The notes under the pieces are model-generated. The model was not told the DNA's origin and searched no databases. It saw only the letters and a program-made list of their open reading frames with translations. This document shows positions 11,625-23,479 of a stretch of DNA of 64,000 bases, in pieces. Source of the stretch: Scyliorhinus canicula (lineage: Eukaryota); assembly GCF_902713615.1 (NCBI RefSeq), contig NC_052154.1, forward strand, positions 91,891,030 through 91,955,029, written 5' to 3'. Position numbers and translations under genes: made by a program. Within the stretch, counting starts at the first letter, position 1; every line of letters begins with the position of its first letter.

Positions 11625-13790
11625 CGGGGCTTGATTAGTATACTTTGACAAGAGCGAAACTGGCACCGCACTGGACCAATTCACCGACTATTAAGGGTCA
11701 TGCACCGGCGCCACATGGGCCACAATCGATTCCAATGAGAAACGATGCCAGATTCGCCTGGTTCGGGATTGACCCTCAGGAGGCTGACAAGCTGAAGGTG
11801 CATATACACACTGCACTCCCTGTGCACACACATCCCAGCCAACAAGATGGCAGTAAAGGAAGCGGCACCCCATTTCACTGCCACTGAACTCGAGACCCTG
11901 CTGAACGCTGTGGAGGACATGTGGATGCCCCTTTATCCCGGGGTGTGAAGGAGGCTGCCAGCTGCCGCTGTTCACCATGCTTGTATGCAGTGGCAGAGGT
12001 CGTGAGCGTCAAAGGCAAGACCGCGAAGCCTGGCCGGCAGTGCTGTAAAAAGCTGCGTGACCACCGCAGGAATGTCCTTGCAACAGCCCCTGTCCCAGAT
12101 ATCTGTAACCATATCCCCCGTCGTCACCAGGACGGTAGCTGAACCCCATCCTGTGACACATGCTGACATCCATACCAGCTGGCATGGCCCGTTGCGCTGG
12201 CCACTAAAGCCGCCAGCTCCCAGCCCCTGGGCTGCATCTGTTGGTCTATCTAACGCTGTGCACTTTGTGTTTCTCTGCTCCCAAGGAAAAGACAGCTCAT
12301 AATCTCCCTGAGGGGGAGAAGATTGGCGGGGGATCTGCGGCCCCTTACAGCAGTGGAACATCGGTAGTCCCAGAGAAAGGGCAGTTGCAGGTCGGCATTG
12401 GGCGAGGAAATGAGATCCCATTGATTTGTGGTTCCCCATTGCACGTGTGTCACCTCCCCCCTCCGCCAACCAGCACCTCACCACCAACCCCCACCCACCC
12501 CCACAATCACTACACTCTCACACCTCCCCCACACCCCCAATCCACAGCCCCCACTCCACACCCACCACCTGCTCACCACCCCCTCTTCCTCCCGGCCCAT
12601 GGCACAATCATGTGGCTTGTCTTGAGTCTTGCAGGAGCTTCTGTTAATGGCATGGGCCCTTCTGATGTCCCTCATCACTAACCCCCAACCATAACTACAA
12701 GTGGAAAGCTGGGATGATGAGGTCATGGACCGTTCCGGGAGTCCTCAACCCGTCTGCCGAAACACCCTAGAGCTCTATTCCGGGGAAGACAACAACCCAT
12801 CACAGCTGTCTTGAACACACACCACCATTCGAGAGACACTCAGCTGGGTTGGGCATTTAATGAAGAGGCTCCTGGGGCATTACCTGCTGCGCACCACACA
12901 CGTGTTCCGGCACATGAGTTGGAGGTAAGAACCTCCAAGGTGGTAGATGCACGGTAGCATGGTGGTTAGCATAAATGCTTCACAGCTCCAGGGTCCCAGT
13001 TCGGTTCCCGGCTGGGTCACTGTCTGTGCGGAGTCTGCACATCCTCCCCGTGTGTGCGTGGGTTTCCTCCGGGTGCTCCGGTTTCCTCCCACAGTCCAAA
13101 GATGTGCGGGTTAGGTGGATTGGCCATGCTAAATTGCCCGTAGTGTCCTTAAAAGTAAGGTTAGGGGGGGGGGTTGTTGGATTACGGGTATAGGGTGGAT
13201 ACCTGGGGTTGAGTAGTGTGATCATTGCTCGGCACAACATCGAGGGCCGAAGGGCCTGTACTGTTCTATGGTCGTAGGATGGGCCGATCCCAGGGACTAG
13301 CTGCCACCCAGACAGAATTTGCCCTTTTGGGATTGATATTCCCATCGATTGTGGAGATGCAGATGCAAAGCCAGGGACTAAATCACGGGTGTGGGCATGC
13401 ATCCAGCACCTGGAGGTGCTGTTGGAAGAGTCTAATCGCGTGCATAAGCAGAAAATGGTGCCGATCATGCATGGCGACCAGGCCAAAACGGCATGGGTGG
13501 TGTCCACGGTGGATATCTTGGGGGCAAATACTTCGCGATGGGACAAGATGCCAAGGACTGGGACAATCTGTGCAGGTGATGGCCGTGGCCCAGTACGGTG
13601 CCTCCCTATCATCGGCATCCATTTACCAGGGCCACCTCGACTTTGCAGCGGCGCTCCCCAGCCTGGCCCAATCACAGACTGCCCGAGAACGTCGGCCGCG
13701 ATATTGTAAATTAAATTCCAAATTGACAGATACAAAGCAACCCTCTGCCCACAGTATAATACGCTGAATTTCAATTCCACTGATAACATT
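11625..13790 (+). mobile_element. Harbinger remnant (Myb/SANT gene exons) with SINE insertion
   Basis: ELETLLNAVEDMWMPLYPG / VAEVVSVKGKTAKPGRQCCKKLRD; later LEVLLEESNRVH...MVPIMHGDQAKTA, like the last exon at 61.5-62.8 kb. Confidence 0.75.
12945..13270 (+). mobile_element. Young HE1/V-SINE
   Basis: Head gtagcatggtggttagcataaatgcttcacagctcc; tail ggcacaacatcgagggccgaagggcctg shared with CR1. Confidence 0.95.
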
Positions 13791-14736
13791 GTTGCCGACG
13801 TATTTAGCAGCCTAAGAGTAGCAAGCTATGGGGAACAAAAAAACATAGATAAACATTGCACGGGAGACAGTCACTGGGTTGGTGCAAGCCGTTGATGTAA
13901 ATATTTTCGATCAGGAACGATGGCGCATATTCTATCGTCGGATCAGCATAACTTTAATCCCCATGTCGCTCTGCCACTATCTTGCAGGTCGCTGTCGCTG
14001 AGACGAGGAAGGATCTATGTGAATATACTTCCTGACGCCCTCCTCTATTTCTCTGCTTTCGGATGATTGGTGAAAGGGGGAATTCTGAACATCCCTTACA
14101 ATGACGCCCCGACGCCTCGCAGATCCTCCTTTTTCGGAGGAATGAGATTCAAAAGATGGAGCAGCGAGAATCCTACATTTTTCAGAGGTTGGCAATTACC
14201 ATCAAGGCCAATAAGAAAGATTAACTTTCAGTAATATAACATCGAATGGTCCTAACATCTGAAAGTGCCACATACATAAAGGCCTTGAATGTAGTTGGTC
14301 CACAATGTCACATTTTAGGGCATACGTCAATATTCTGTGATCGGCAACTGTCCAAAAATTGCAATTGCAATTGCAATGAGCAATAAATCGGCTTGTAGCG
14401 TTATTGTTGGAGGCAATATTTGAAAAGTCGAGAGCAAACTTCTCTAGTTCCATAGTGACAGGGCAACTGGCGCAGTGGGTACATAAAGGTACTCCTGATT
14501 ATTAATAAATATGTGCAATAAATACCCTGCCATAAACTCGATTGTAATTATTTACAACATTATCCCCTGAGCTGCTGCAGCAGAGGTTCATCCTTTCATC
14601 CTTTCGAGCTAATAAGTTTAGCAGCACTTAGAATGATGACGGTTGAAAATTCAGATCGATGTCCATGGCCCAATTACATCATAACGCAAAGCATATCGAC
14701 TGAAACGCCCACATGAAAGCGGACATCCTCGTGTCA

Positions 14737-14768
14737 TTTCGCTTTTCTAAATGTCGCATCTTATAAAA
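14737..14768 (+). promoter_or_regulatory. Candidate promoter of IgSF gene A: IRF-E/ISRE-like site plus TATA box
   Basis: TTTCGCTTTTC (GAAAAGCGAAA on minus) at 14737-14747 and TATAAAA at 14762-14768, about 30 bp before the ATG at 14796. Confidence 0.5.
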
Positions 14769-14795
14769 CTAAAGATTTCAATTCAGCGACCCAAG

Positions 14796-15026
14796 ATGTT
14801 CAGAAGCATGATTCACTGCATGATAATTTTCTCATGGGCTGGTTTAGCTCACTTGGTTAAATCGTTGGCTTTTAAATCAGACCAAGTAGGCCAGCAGCAC
14901 GATTCGATTCCCGTAACAGCCTCCCCGAACAGGCGCCGGAATGTGGCGACTAGGGGATTTTCACAGTAACTTAATTGAAGCCTACACGCGACAATAAACG
15001 CTTTTCATTTCATTTAATTTTCAAAG
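14796..15026 (+). pseudogene. IgSF gene A leader exon, interrupted by a SINE
   Basis: Removing the SINE at 14836-about 15014 gives MFRSMIHCMIIFSLIFK+G and a phase-1 donor AAAG|gtacat at 15026/15027, matching the phase-1 acceptor at 15251/15252. Confidence 0.6.
14836..15014 (+). mobile_element. Second tRNA-derived SINE family (GGGCTGGTTTAGC head, (tttca)n tail)
   Basis: Same sequence as the copies at 25582-25767, 32191-32358 and 40961-41137. Confidence 0.9.
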
Positions 15027-15251
15027 GTACATTGCTACTGCAGCAATCTTTCCACTGCAGCAATCTTTCCACTGCATGAACGCATTTCATTGCGCTCATT
15101 GGTGAAACGTTCAATTTTAGCATTTTTCTGCCCTGTTATTTCTCAGTAGACATATGTACTTTCAAACTATTTTCTATTTGTTTGTCAGCTAGGCTGAGTA
15201 TTTCGATGTTTGTTTCTTTAATGTTGAGTTTAATACTTTTTATTTCGAAAG

Positions 15252-15574
15252 GCGCTCGCAACTCTCCATTCACTGTAACACAAGATGCGGAGTCCGCAGT
15301 GAGGAGAGAAGACTCTGTTGCCTTTTATTGCATAGATCCCATCTTCTCAGACAAGAAGCCAGTGAACGTGCATTGGTGGAGACATGGAGGGGAAAGATTC
15401 TTGAAGGAAAGTTTGGACAGCAGAATCCGGCTTTATTTCCTCAATCAGGGGGGAGCCGTTTTGCAATTGATGGACGAGAGATGTGAGAACGCGGGGATCT
15501 ATTACTGCAAAGTGACACACACAGTGGTCGTAAACGGCACCGGCACTAAACCGGACTCCAACACATCAAAATAA
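15252..15574 (+). CDS. IgSF gene A: unsplit VJ-type Ig variable domain exon (probable pseudogene, or secreted single-V ORF from ATG 15206)
   Basis: Acceptor ttttatttcgaaag|; FTVTQ...FYC...VHWWR...LQL...AGIYYC...VNGTGT; Cys-Cys spacing 58 aa. Clearly homologous to the V exon at 55273-55590. No canonical donor after the G strand; the frame ends at TAA 15572-15574. Confidence 0.85.
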
Positions 15575-15599
15575 AATGCGATATTTCCCCAGATCAGGT

Positions 15600-16090
15600 A
15601 TGAATTGGATCATCAAATGAGCCGGACTCTTTCTTCCTCACACATTTGTAGGTGGTAGAGATCTCGGCGTTGGAAGCTGCAGTTGCTGTGTACTTTCGTT
15701 GAGAAGGAACTCGGAAAATTCGTAATGTTGAGCGACACCGTCATCATGTTAAGTGATGGATGGTGTACCGAAAAAGCAATGTATGTTGGTTGATAGTTTA
15801 ATGCTGCCGGTGTCGCACTGCGATACGCAAATGGAGATAATTCTCTTACAAGCACAATGTAAATCATGCAGATGATTGAAAGTGTTGGGAGGGGAGTCAC
15901 GCGCCGTAATATTTACTGCGGAGCTATTTTTCGCCCAACGTGTTAAATTCTTACTGAAGCTATATTCCGACATTCAAGCACCAGCACGTTGATTGTAATG
16001 ACATTGACTGTCACTTGCAAATGATACACTAACCAGAGCCCATACCTATGGCATGATTTACATGGACTTTGCTTTATATTTATCAGGGTA
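15600..16090 (+). pseudogene. Possible degraded Ig constant-like remnant of gene A
   Basis: One frame gives LQLLC...GW...YANGDNSLTSTM*...IYC with several stops; TLTVTCK follows. The pattern is weak. Confidence 0.3.
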
Positions 16091-16214
16091 AACGAATTGC
16101 GAATGGAATTTAAATAAATGCAAAAAATTGTCAGTTCCATGCAAGGATGTGCATTCATGAAGAAACCGAAAATATGACACTGTGCAGTGGAAATTTACAC
16201 ATATGCGTTAGGAT

Positions 16215-17332
16215 TTTAATAATGGAAGATGAGGAAATGGCTGAGGAACTGAACAGTTATTTTGGGTCGGTCTTCACAGTGGAAGACACAAATAACATGC
16301 CAGTGACTGATAGAAATTTGGCTATGACAGGCGAGGACCTTGAGAGGATTGCTATCACTAAGGAGGTAGTGATGGGAAAGCTAATGGGGCTAAAGGTAGA
16401 CAAGTCTCCTGGACCTGATGGAATGCACCCCAGAGTGCTAAAAGAGATGGCTAGGGAAATCGCAGATGCACTAGTGATAATTTACCAAATTCATTAGACT
16501 CTGGGGTGGTCCCGGTGGATTGAAAATTAGCAAACGTGACACCACTATTTAAAAAGTGACGTAGCAGAGAGCGGGTAATTATAGGCCAGCAAGCTTAACT
16601 TCGATAGTGGGGAAGATGCTGGAATCTATCATCAAGGAAGAAATAGCGAGGCATCTGGATAGAAATTATCCCATTGGGCAGATGCAGCATGGGTTCATAA
16701 AGGGCAGGTCGTGCCTAACTAATTTAGTGGAATTTTGTGAGGACATTACCAGTGCAGTAGATAACGGGGAACCAATGGATGTGGTATATCTGGATTTCCA
16801 GAAATCCCTTGACAAGTGGCCACACAAAAGCTTGCTGCATAAGATAAAGATGCATGGCATTACGGGTAAAGTAGTAGCATGGATAGAGAATTGGTTAATC
16901 AATAGAAAGCAAAGTGTGGGGGAATTAATGGGTGTTTCTCTGGTTGGCAATCAGTAGCTAGTCGTGTCCCCCAGGGATCCGTGTTGCACCCGCGATTGTT
17001 CACAATTTACATAGATGATTTGGAGTTGGGGACCAAGGGCAATGTGTCCAAGTTGGCAGATGACACTAAGATGAGTGGTAAAGTGAAAAGTGCAGAGGAT
17101 ACTGGAAGTCTGCAGAGGGATTTGGATAGGTTAAGTGAATGGGCTAGTGCCTGGCAGATGGAATACAATGTTGACAAATGTGAGGTTATCCATTTTGGTA
17201 GGAATAACAGCAAGCGGGATTATTATTTAAACAATAAAATATTAAAGCATGCTGCTGTGCAGAGATACCTGGGTGTGCTAGTGCATGAGTCACAGAAAAT
17301 TGGTTTACAGGTGCAACAGGTGATTAAGAAGG
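16215..17332 (+). mobile_element. CR1 LINE ORF2 (RT) fragment, degraded
   Basis: DKSPGPDGMHPRVLKE, QHGFIKGRSCLTNL, DVVYLDFQK, LADDTK. Confidence 0.95.
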
Positions 17333-17339
17333 TCACAAG

Positions 17340-18440
17340 AGTCACAAGAGTTTTCTTCACTGCATGTCTAATCCTCTTGTTCTGTTGATGGGCAAACGTG
17401 CATGTTCCACCTGTGAAGTCTGATGCTGCGGTGCATCCACTTCTCTATATGTGATATAATTAATACTCTCAACCTCACGGTTGCTCAATAATGTCACCAG
17501 ACGTCACTCCAATTCCGAAACTCGGGCTTCCCGAGGATGAAGCTCCCCATATACTGCACACATTCTGTGCATGGAAATTGGAGATATGACAATGCTGAAT
17601 TTCCCTGGATATCAAGGGATTTGTTGGTCCCACCGTTTTCTTTATTGGTAGATGCATGCCCTGCGCTCTCCCTCTGTCCATCTTGAATGTGTTCAACTGT
17701 TCTTTCACAGATTTATCTCGAAGTGTCTATTCCAAGTCCCCTCTGGCCAAATCATATCTGAACTTATTAAAATTGGCCTTCCCTCGGTTTAGAACTTTGA
17801 TTCCAGGCCGATCTTTGTCCTTTCACGTAACTATCTTGAATCAAACGTAGCTATTATCGCTTTCTGAAAGATTCTCCCCAACTTTCCTGGTTTCGTTACC
17901 TAAAGTTATGTTCAGAACGTTTTGTCGGCCCTTCTACAAACTGGCTTGAAAAGTTATCCTGGATGCATTTTAAGAATTCCGTTCACTCTAAACGTTCATA
18001 TTATTGATACACCAGTTAATGTTGTGGAAGGTGATATCCTCCTCTAACAGTATCCTATTATGTTTATACTTTATTGTTATTTACCGATGTATGCTATTGT
18101 ATTTCTCTCGGGCGGTCAGGGTGCCTGTATAACTATCACAGCAAAGTGATTTGCCTATTTTTAGTTTGGTAGTTCTACTCATACTGCTTAATTTGAAGAC
18201 CCTACTCAGATGTCGTATCTCCTTAATTAATAAAGTTATAAGGTTATGTGAACAAGATTTCAGTTCCCGAGGAATACACTTGATTAAATTTACATAGAGT
18301 CTGAAAAAGGATTGAGGACTGTGAACAGAGGTCTGCATTGAGTGCTGCCGTGCTGCATCTGGCGTTTGATGAGAAAAAGAATCACAACGCGTAAATTGCA
18401 AGAAATAGTCTAATTTAAGTGACAATTTCAATATGAAGTC
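17340..18440 (-). mobile_element. Degraded CR1 fragments (endonuclease/linker region)
   Basis: Antisense of CR1 EN-region sequence, e.g. aaatttagaactttgattccaggccgatc-like and cttcaatattgat-type blocks; no intact ORF. Confidence 0.55.
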
Positions 18441-18479
18441 CAGTTAGTTCTTTAATTTAGAAACTAAATGAATATTGTA

Positions 18480-20030
18480 CCTTTCACTGGGCAAAGTTTA
18501 TTTGTAGCTTCAAAACAAGAGTTTACGAGATAGAATTACGAAATAGGAAACGAGTGCTCTATAATGGTGAGAGTAATCCCTAGGTCCTCAAATAATTGTT
18601 CCAGAAGGGCGCAGTATAAATCAGGAACAACTGGCGGATTTTAAGAAAGGTGCAGCAAGGGTGATGGGTGATTTAAAATGCATATCGAGTGGATTAAAAT
18701 CTGAAGGGTATCTTTCAGGGAGAGTTCATTGTGTGCATTAGAGATTGTTTCTGGAACAATATGTTGTGTCAGCAACGAGGGAACAGGCTGTTCTGCATTT
18801 CGTATTTTGTAATGAGCAGGGATTAATTAATTTCCTCATGGTCAAAGATCCTTTCGGGACGATTGATCGCAGCAGGCAAAATTACATATTCAGTTTGAGG
18901 GTGACAAATTCGAGTCCCACACTCGCATTATGGACTTAAAGAATGTTTATTCCCACAGCAGGAGGGGGATTTGACCCGGGTGGACTGGGCAGGGTGATAC
19001 AACGCTCGGACAGATGATGCGCAGCAGCAGTGGTTTAAGGAAATGTTCAATTTCTCTCAAACACAAATATTCGAGAAAGGAAGAAAGATTGTAAGACGGG
19101 AAGCACATGAATGGCTGAGGAAGATCGGTGCCGATAAAGATAACATAAATAACTAAAACTATGTGATGTCGTATTGTGAAGGCTAGTAGAAGGGAAACAT
19201 TCAAATATCAACAAAGGGTTACTAAAAATTAGTAAAAATGGCCAAGGTGAAGTACGAAAGAACACTAGAGGTAAACATAAAAAAGAATAGCAAAGGTTTC
19301 CATAAGTATGTTAATTAGTCAGACTGGAGATGTGTCGAAAGTAGTTTTCCCCAGGGCTCATTGTTGGGACCCTTGCTTTTTCTGATTTATGTGAATGATT
19401 TCGAAGTGGGTGTTTGGGAAAAATCTCTAAATTTGCAGATGATACGAAGCTAGGGATAATAGTGAATTGTGAGGATGATGCTGAGCGGCTTCACAGGGAC
19501 ATTGGCAAATTGGCGAAATGGGCAGGCACCTGGCTGATGAATCTCAATGCAACGCAATATGAGGTAATGCATTTTGGTAGCAGAAACATGGAGAGACAAT
19601 TTCGGCTCAATCATACAACTTTGAGGGCAGTAAAGGAGCAGAGGGACCTTGGGATTTAAGGACATAATTAGCTTAAGGTGGCCAGTCAAGTATGCTTACA
19701 GGATCCGTGGATTAATAAATAGGGGCATAGAGTATGCAAGCAAGGAAGTGGTGCCACACCTATATAAATCATTGGAAAGACCACATTTGGAGTAATGTGA
19801 TATGTTCTGGGAACCTTATTTGAGGAAGGACGTTAAAGCCCTCGAGAGAGTGCTGAGAACAAATGCTGGAATAATACGAGGAATGAGGAATTTTAGATAC
19901 AAGAAGAGATCGAGGAAATTGGGCTTGCTCTCCTTCGAACAGAGAAGATTACATGTGACTTTACTGAAGTGTTCAAAATTATTAACAATGTTGACAGGGT
20001 AAATATGTGTATTCTGTTTCCACCAGTTGG
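18480..20030 (+). mobile_element. Degraded CR1 ORF2 fragments
   Basis: FLEQYVVSATREQAVL; SKFADDTKLG; WEPYLRKDVKALERV. Confidence 0.8.
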
Positions 20031-20039
20031 TAATAACAA

Positions 20040-20150
20040 TCGCTTATTGTCACAATTATGTTTCAGTGAAGTTACTGCGAAAAACCACTTGTCACCACAT
20101 TCCGGCACCTTTTGGGGGAGGCCCGTACAGGAATCGAACCCACGCTGATT
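20040..20150 (-). mobile_element. Partial second-family SINE
   Basis: cgcttattgtcac...gaagttactg...ccacattccggc reverse-complement tail. Confidence 0.7.
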
Positions 20151-20261
20151 TTTGCTAGGTCAAAGATCAACTCAGTCTATTGTTTGCGAATTGAATTTAT
20201 TATCTTAGTAATGGAAATTGAACATTTATTTGTAAGTAAGAGATCTTTACAACGTCACAAT

Positions 20262-20606
20262 TAGAATTAGAATTAGAACAGTACAGCACAGAACAGGCCC
20301 TTCGGCCCTCAATGTTGTGCCGAGCAATGATCACCCTACTCAAGCCCACGTATCCACCCTATAGCAGTAACCCAACAACCCCCATTAACATTATTTTTTA
20401 GGACACTAAGGGCAATTTAGCCTGGCCAATCCACCTAACCCGCACATATTTGGACTGTGGGAGGAAACCGGAGCACCCGGAGGAAACCCACGCACACACG
20501 GGGAGGACGTGCAGACTCCGCACAGACAGTGACCCAGCCGGGAATCGAACCTGGGCCCCTGGAGCTGTGAAGCATTGATGCTAACCACCATGCTACCGTG
20601 CTGCCC
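20262..20606 (-). mobile_element. Young HE1/V-SINE
   Basis: Full-length reverse copy with an (attaga)n tail. Confidence 0.95.
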
Positions 20607-21819
20607 AAAATTACTTAATGATTTCAGAACGTTCAGCATTGTAATTTACATTATTTCAATTCAATGATATAAAATGGGCATACCCTGCATTCAAACAACA
20701 GTGCTCCTAGGGTCTGGACTGTACTGCCTGGGGGTGGGCGGGAGGTGAGTAGAGGCAGGTTGCCTTACATTCTTTAAAACGTTCCTACGTGAGCACTTGG
20801 CACTTAATAATATTCAAGGCTACATGCCATGTGCTGGCAAATGTTTCGGTATGCAGGTCAGGTGTCTTTGATGCTTCCTTGCATACTCGATTGTCCGAAG
20901 GTGCCATTTAGCACTTATTATTATGTGAATCTGCAGGGACCAGATAGGGTCATAAAGAGTACGATGAGTATTATAGGATATTGTGATTATTACAAAGCAA
21001 TACCATACTAATTTCATACTTGTAAAGCTAGAGGTGTTGCACGCGATGATACTTATATTATCCACTTTAGGATCTATTGGCAATCAAAGTACAATGTCCA
21101 TGTCAGAGATCATTTGTATTATCAGGCCCTGTCAACGTATCTTCCAATTCTTTCAAGCTCCTCTTATTTGACTGCAGCGTATTCTGTACATCTTTCATTA
21201 TGCATCTGCATTCCACTTTTATTTGAACCAATCGTATGTGGGTCTGCATATACCAAATTTCCATTGTCACCTCCCTCCGGGAACTGTAACTATAAATAAA
21301 TGCTTTGGGTTAAATACTTTCGACATAAGTGTTCACAATGGTAGCTAACAAAATGGCTTCGATGCACAGTCCTATCATCTCCAACTGAACACAAGTGCAT
21401 TTATTAGTATGGTGCCTACATTCAGAATAGGACTATGTCATATTTTAACACTGAACTGCACAACATATCATAATCAGGAACTTATAAACAATTAGTTTTT
21501 GCATTCGTGCGTCCTAATGTATAGTTCGAGTACTTGCGGGTCAAGAAAGAAATTGCCAATTTGATACATGTCTTTACATACGAGAGTTCATCATATTGCT
21601 CAGAAATTAATTCCAATGATTGGCCGGCCATTGAATTCAGACTGACTGACCTATAATTGTGTTGCCTCTAAAACACAGTATTGTAAAATAATGGGGCAAA
21701 ATGCATCGACCTGCAGTCATCTGGTAATGCGCCTGAATCTGGTGAGGATGAAAAAATGCACAGCCGAGAATCCGCTGCCTCACTAGTATATTTAACGGCT
21801 GAAAGAATAATTCAGCTAG

Positions 21820-21970
21820 AGCTGGTGATTTTAACAGAGTCAAGAATGCAGTCCCTCCAGAATTTCCACTCAATATAAAGCTTTATATAGCTTTATAAAG
21901 TTTTATAAAGCTGGTGATTTTAACATATTCAAGAATGCAGTCCCTCCAGAGCTTCCACTCATTATCAAGC
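21820..21970. repeat. Imperfect direct duplication, period 89 bp
   Basis: agctggtgattttaaca...caagaatgcagtccctccaga at 21820 and 21909. Confidence 0.85.
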
Positions 21971-21980
21971 TGCATTATAT

Positions 21981-22326
21981 GCAGCACGGTAGCATGGTGG
22001 TTAGCATAAATGCTTCACAGCTCCAGGGTCCCAGGTTCAATTCCCGGCTGGGTCACTGTCTGTGCGGAGTCTGCACATCCTCCCCGTGTGTGCGTGGGTT
22101 TCCTCCGGGTGCTCCGGTTTCCTCCCACAGTCCAAAGATGTGCGGGTTAGGTGGATTGGCCAGGCTAAATTGCCCTTAGTGTCCTAAAAAATAAGGTTAA
22201 TGTGGGTTGTTGGGTTACTGGTATAGGTATATGTCGGCTTGAGTAGGGTGATCATTGCTCGGCACAACATCGAGGGCCGAAGGGCCTGTTCTGTGCTGTA
22301 CTGTTCTAATTCTAATTTTAATTCTA
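21981..22326 (+). mobile_element. Young HE1/V-SINE
   Basis: Full-length, with a (ttctaa)n tail. Confidence 0.95.
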
Positions 22327-23084
22327 AAAAGCTTGTGAGCTATTTACGTCACACAAATAGGGCATTATATTTCCAGTGTGACAACAGATACTAAGTACCA
22401 TTGATATGCTTAACCACACATCTGCATCAACACATGCGTGACAACATACATCTTTGATAGGGTGCATAGTTTACTTAGTTATTCAGAGCTCTTAAAGTAC
22501 TGGTGAAACGCATTTGGATATTCCAGAATTGTACCTGCAATTATTTTCTAATGTTATTTCTTGGCTATTTGAGGCTTTCTACAAGATTCAGATGTGTGTG
22601 ACACTTTATTTTCCTGTTTAATGTTACGTTGTGTGATTCTGCTTAAACAAGAAGTTCTAGATTTGGCAGTACTACAGTACCAACAATGTTGTGGGGTTAT
22701 GTCTACATTGTGCCCCCATAATCTAGCTTTTGAATGCCTCACTATATATTCACAATATTATTCCTTCCACAAGCTTTCAGTTCAAATCTCAGCATCAAAA
22801 AACAGCACCGTCCTCAACTTTGAACCTTTATGCTTGTTCTGTTGTTTCTCAGTGGTGCTATGTGCTATGATGCATTATAGCCACTATCTCAAAAATCGAT
22901 AACCACTGCTAAGATATCTGCTTATTCGGCTGTGTTTCCTCAAGATATATCGGAAATTGCGCATACCCGTGTTTGACGTGTTGTATGTTCGCTGGAAAAG
23001 CCTCCTAAATGCAGTTGACCACCAACATTTGTATTACCCGACTCCCTCGCGGAAAGCTCAATAGCAAGCTATGTTCACAGATTT

Positions 23085-23402
23085 TCTACAATGCATAAGG
23101 AGGCCATTCGGCCCATCGATTCTGCACCAGCCGGTCGAAAGCGCAGCCTAACTAGACCCAATGACATGCCCGATTCCCATAACCTCACAGAAACTTTGGT
23201 TATTTAAGGGCAATTTAGGGTGGCAAATCCATTTAAGCTCCACATCTTTAGACTGTGGGAGGAAACCGGAGCATCCGGCGAAATCCCAGGCAGACGCAGT
23301 GAGAATTTGCAAACTGCACCAGTCAATCATCTAAGGTCAGAATCGAACGCGCTCCATGGCGCGGTGAGGCAGCAGTGCTAACCACTATGCCACCGTGCCG
23401 TC
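23085..23402 (-). mobile_element. Old HE1-type SINE
   Basis: Diverged reverse copy. Confidence 0.8.
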
Positions 23403-23479
23403 CATTATTGTCATCTTTAAGCTTCCGTCACAGCAAAAATATCGTGACAATTGCCCGTCCATCTGTGCCCTCACTCATT

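Noticed and set aside
22852-22902. Strong plus-strand acceptor followed by GAMCYDAL* (YxxL) in one frame
   Set aside because: No linked upstream exon and too short to support.
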